Assembly: GCA_051362555.1 (NCBI GenBank)
Contig: CM120641.1
Coordinates: 19,530,001-19,594,000, forward strand
Length of the DNA: 64,000 bases
Direction: 5' to 3'
Source: Lingula anatina
Lineage: Eukaryota; Animalia; Brachiopoda
The notes beneath the pieces were generated by a model. It was not told where the DNA came from. It ran no database searches and saw nothing but the letters and a program-made list of their open reading frames with translations. The position numbers and the translations under genes are program-made. Of the stretch, positions 62,555-64,000 are shown in pieces (the stretch's first letter is position 1; each line of letters opens with the position of its first letter).

Positions 62555-64000
62555 GTTGTTAGCGAGAAAGTCAAACGCCCCTATCACGCGCACGACGTTC
62601 AGATGTCGCGTATTTTACGTCACGCCAGGGACAGCAAATGATGATAATAATGATAATACATTTAAAAATGAAATATGAACTAAAAGTAAATTTAAATTAA
62701 AAAAACTTAAAATTATTAACGAAGAAGAAGAAGAATTGTAAAATGAATGAAATGCTCATAGATCAAATTAATTACGTTGTTATGGATTGTCTTTGGGTGA
62801 TCTTACAGGACTGATCTACGCCTATAATGCATAGGCCTATAGGTACGGATCACAAAAATTTTCGATTAACTTAAGCATTGTATGTGCCTATTTTAATTAA
62901 AATGTGATTTCTTTATAATAAACGCCACGCATTTATTACCTCTTGTCATTGCTGCAGTAGTTAAAAATATCTTCCTGTATGGACAGAGAGCTTTTGTAAA
63001 ATCCTAATAGGTGTCGTCCACAGCGCATTTTTCTTCCCATGATGCACAGCACATTTTTCCATTAAGGCAATTGCATGTGCATAAATATTTAATTTGATGC
63101 TGAACCGTCTCCCAGCAAATTGATTTTCATACCTACTGGCACTGGAAAATAGACTAGATCTACTGAGAAAAGAAAAGAATTGAAATTCATATTTATAAAG
63201 GTAAGTTTTCATATCACTTTTATCACATATCTGGACACGAGAAATTTATCCTACATTGTATGTATTTGATTTTTAGGGGAAGGGTGGATATATTATTCAG
63301 GAATGCGTCTTGAAAAAAATGGATGTTTTGACTATTTTGACAATCAAACAAAGATTTATATAAATAAATATGTACATCATACTTTAATATTCGTAGGTCT
63401 TCGTTTCTTTAAAAACCTCAAAGATGTAGATTTTGGACTTGGTATAAGGTTTTCAATATTAGCTTTAAGAACGAAATACACAAAAGATATGCCAATTAGC
63501 GAATAACATAGATAACTTATTCATAATATACTCTTATCAAGCAAAAAGACGGATTCAACGCAAACCTGAGAATGTTTTTTGAGAAAACTGCACTGAGGGG
63601 CAGAATATCAAAATATTTAGAGAAGCCTGCATTTAACATGAAATTTGATTCTGCATTATATCATGCTGCACATACGAATATCTGTTGCTTGAAGGTCAGC
63701 ACCAAAACCACCGGGCAAAAGCCTAGGATGTCTGACATTTTCAAGGGGGAGGATATTTCCTTTGACATCGTACATATAAAATGAAATATGCACTGTAGAA
63801 TTAATACCTAGTACGTTTTCTTAAATAAATTATATGACAGACGAGGAAAACGTCATTAACAAGAACCCCAATTAAAGCGTATCCTCTTATCCTCTTATCA
63901 CTAGCACCTGAGCTGGTCTTGAAGATTGAGCTGGAAGCAATATCATTCTACAGCATTTGTATTACTGATAAAAATATGCTGGTGTAAGATGTTTTATACT

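Noticed and set aside
62700-64000. Short ORFs at the window end
   Set aside because: No recognisable protein motifs. Possibly a DNA-transposon relic, but termini are not identifiable.

Overview
AT-rich, intron-containing animal genomic DNA, probably an invertebrate (lophotrochozoan/mollusc-like judging by the repeat families; this is inference). I assembled the gene models by hand from splice sites with reading-phase checks. In order: 3' half of kindlin/fermitin (+); an orphan 5-exon type-I membrane pro-protein (-); two intronless near-identical sulfotransferase-fold genes (+); mARC/MOSC (-); the secreted tyrosine kinase PKDCC/VLK (-); an F-box/WD40 gene (-) head-to-head with ACTR10 (+, which has an AT-AC U12 intron); and a small myristoylated STMND1/CCDC198-like gene with a GC donor (-). 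Non-coding features: two Helentron-type non-autonomous elements with internal tandem arrays, several MITEs and foldback palindromes, an RTE-LINE tail and microsatellites. One Helentron-type element is 3.7 kb, carries a 146-bp higher-order array and ends inside a kindlin splice acceptor. No rRNA, tRNA or CRISPR array was seen. Most short ORFs in the supplied track are spurious.
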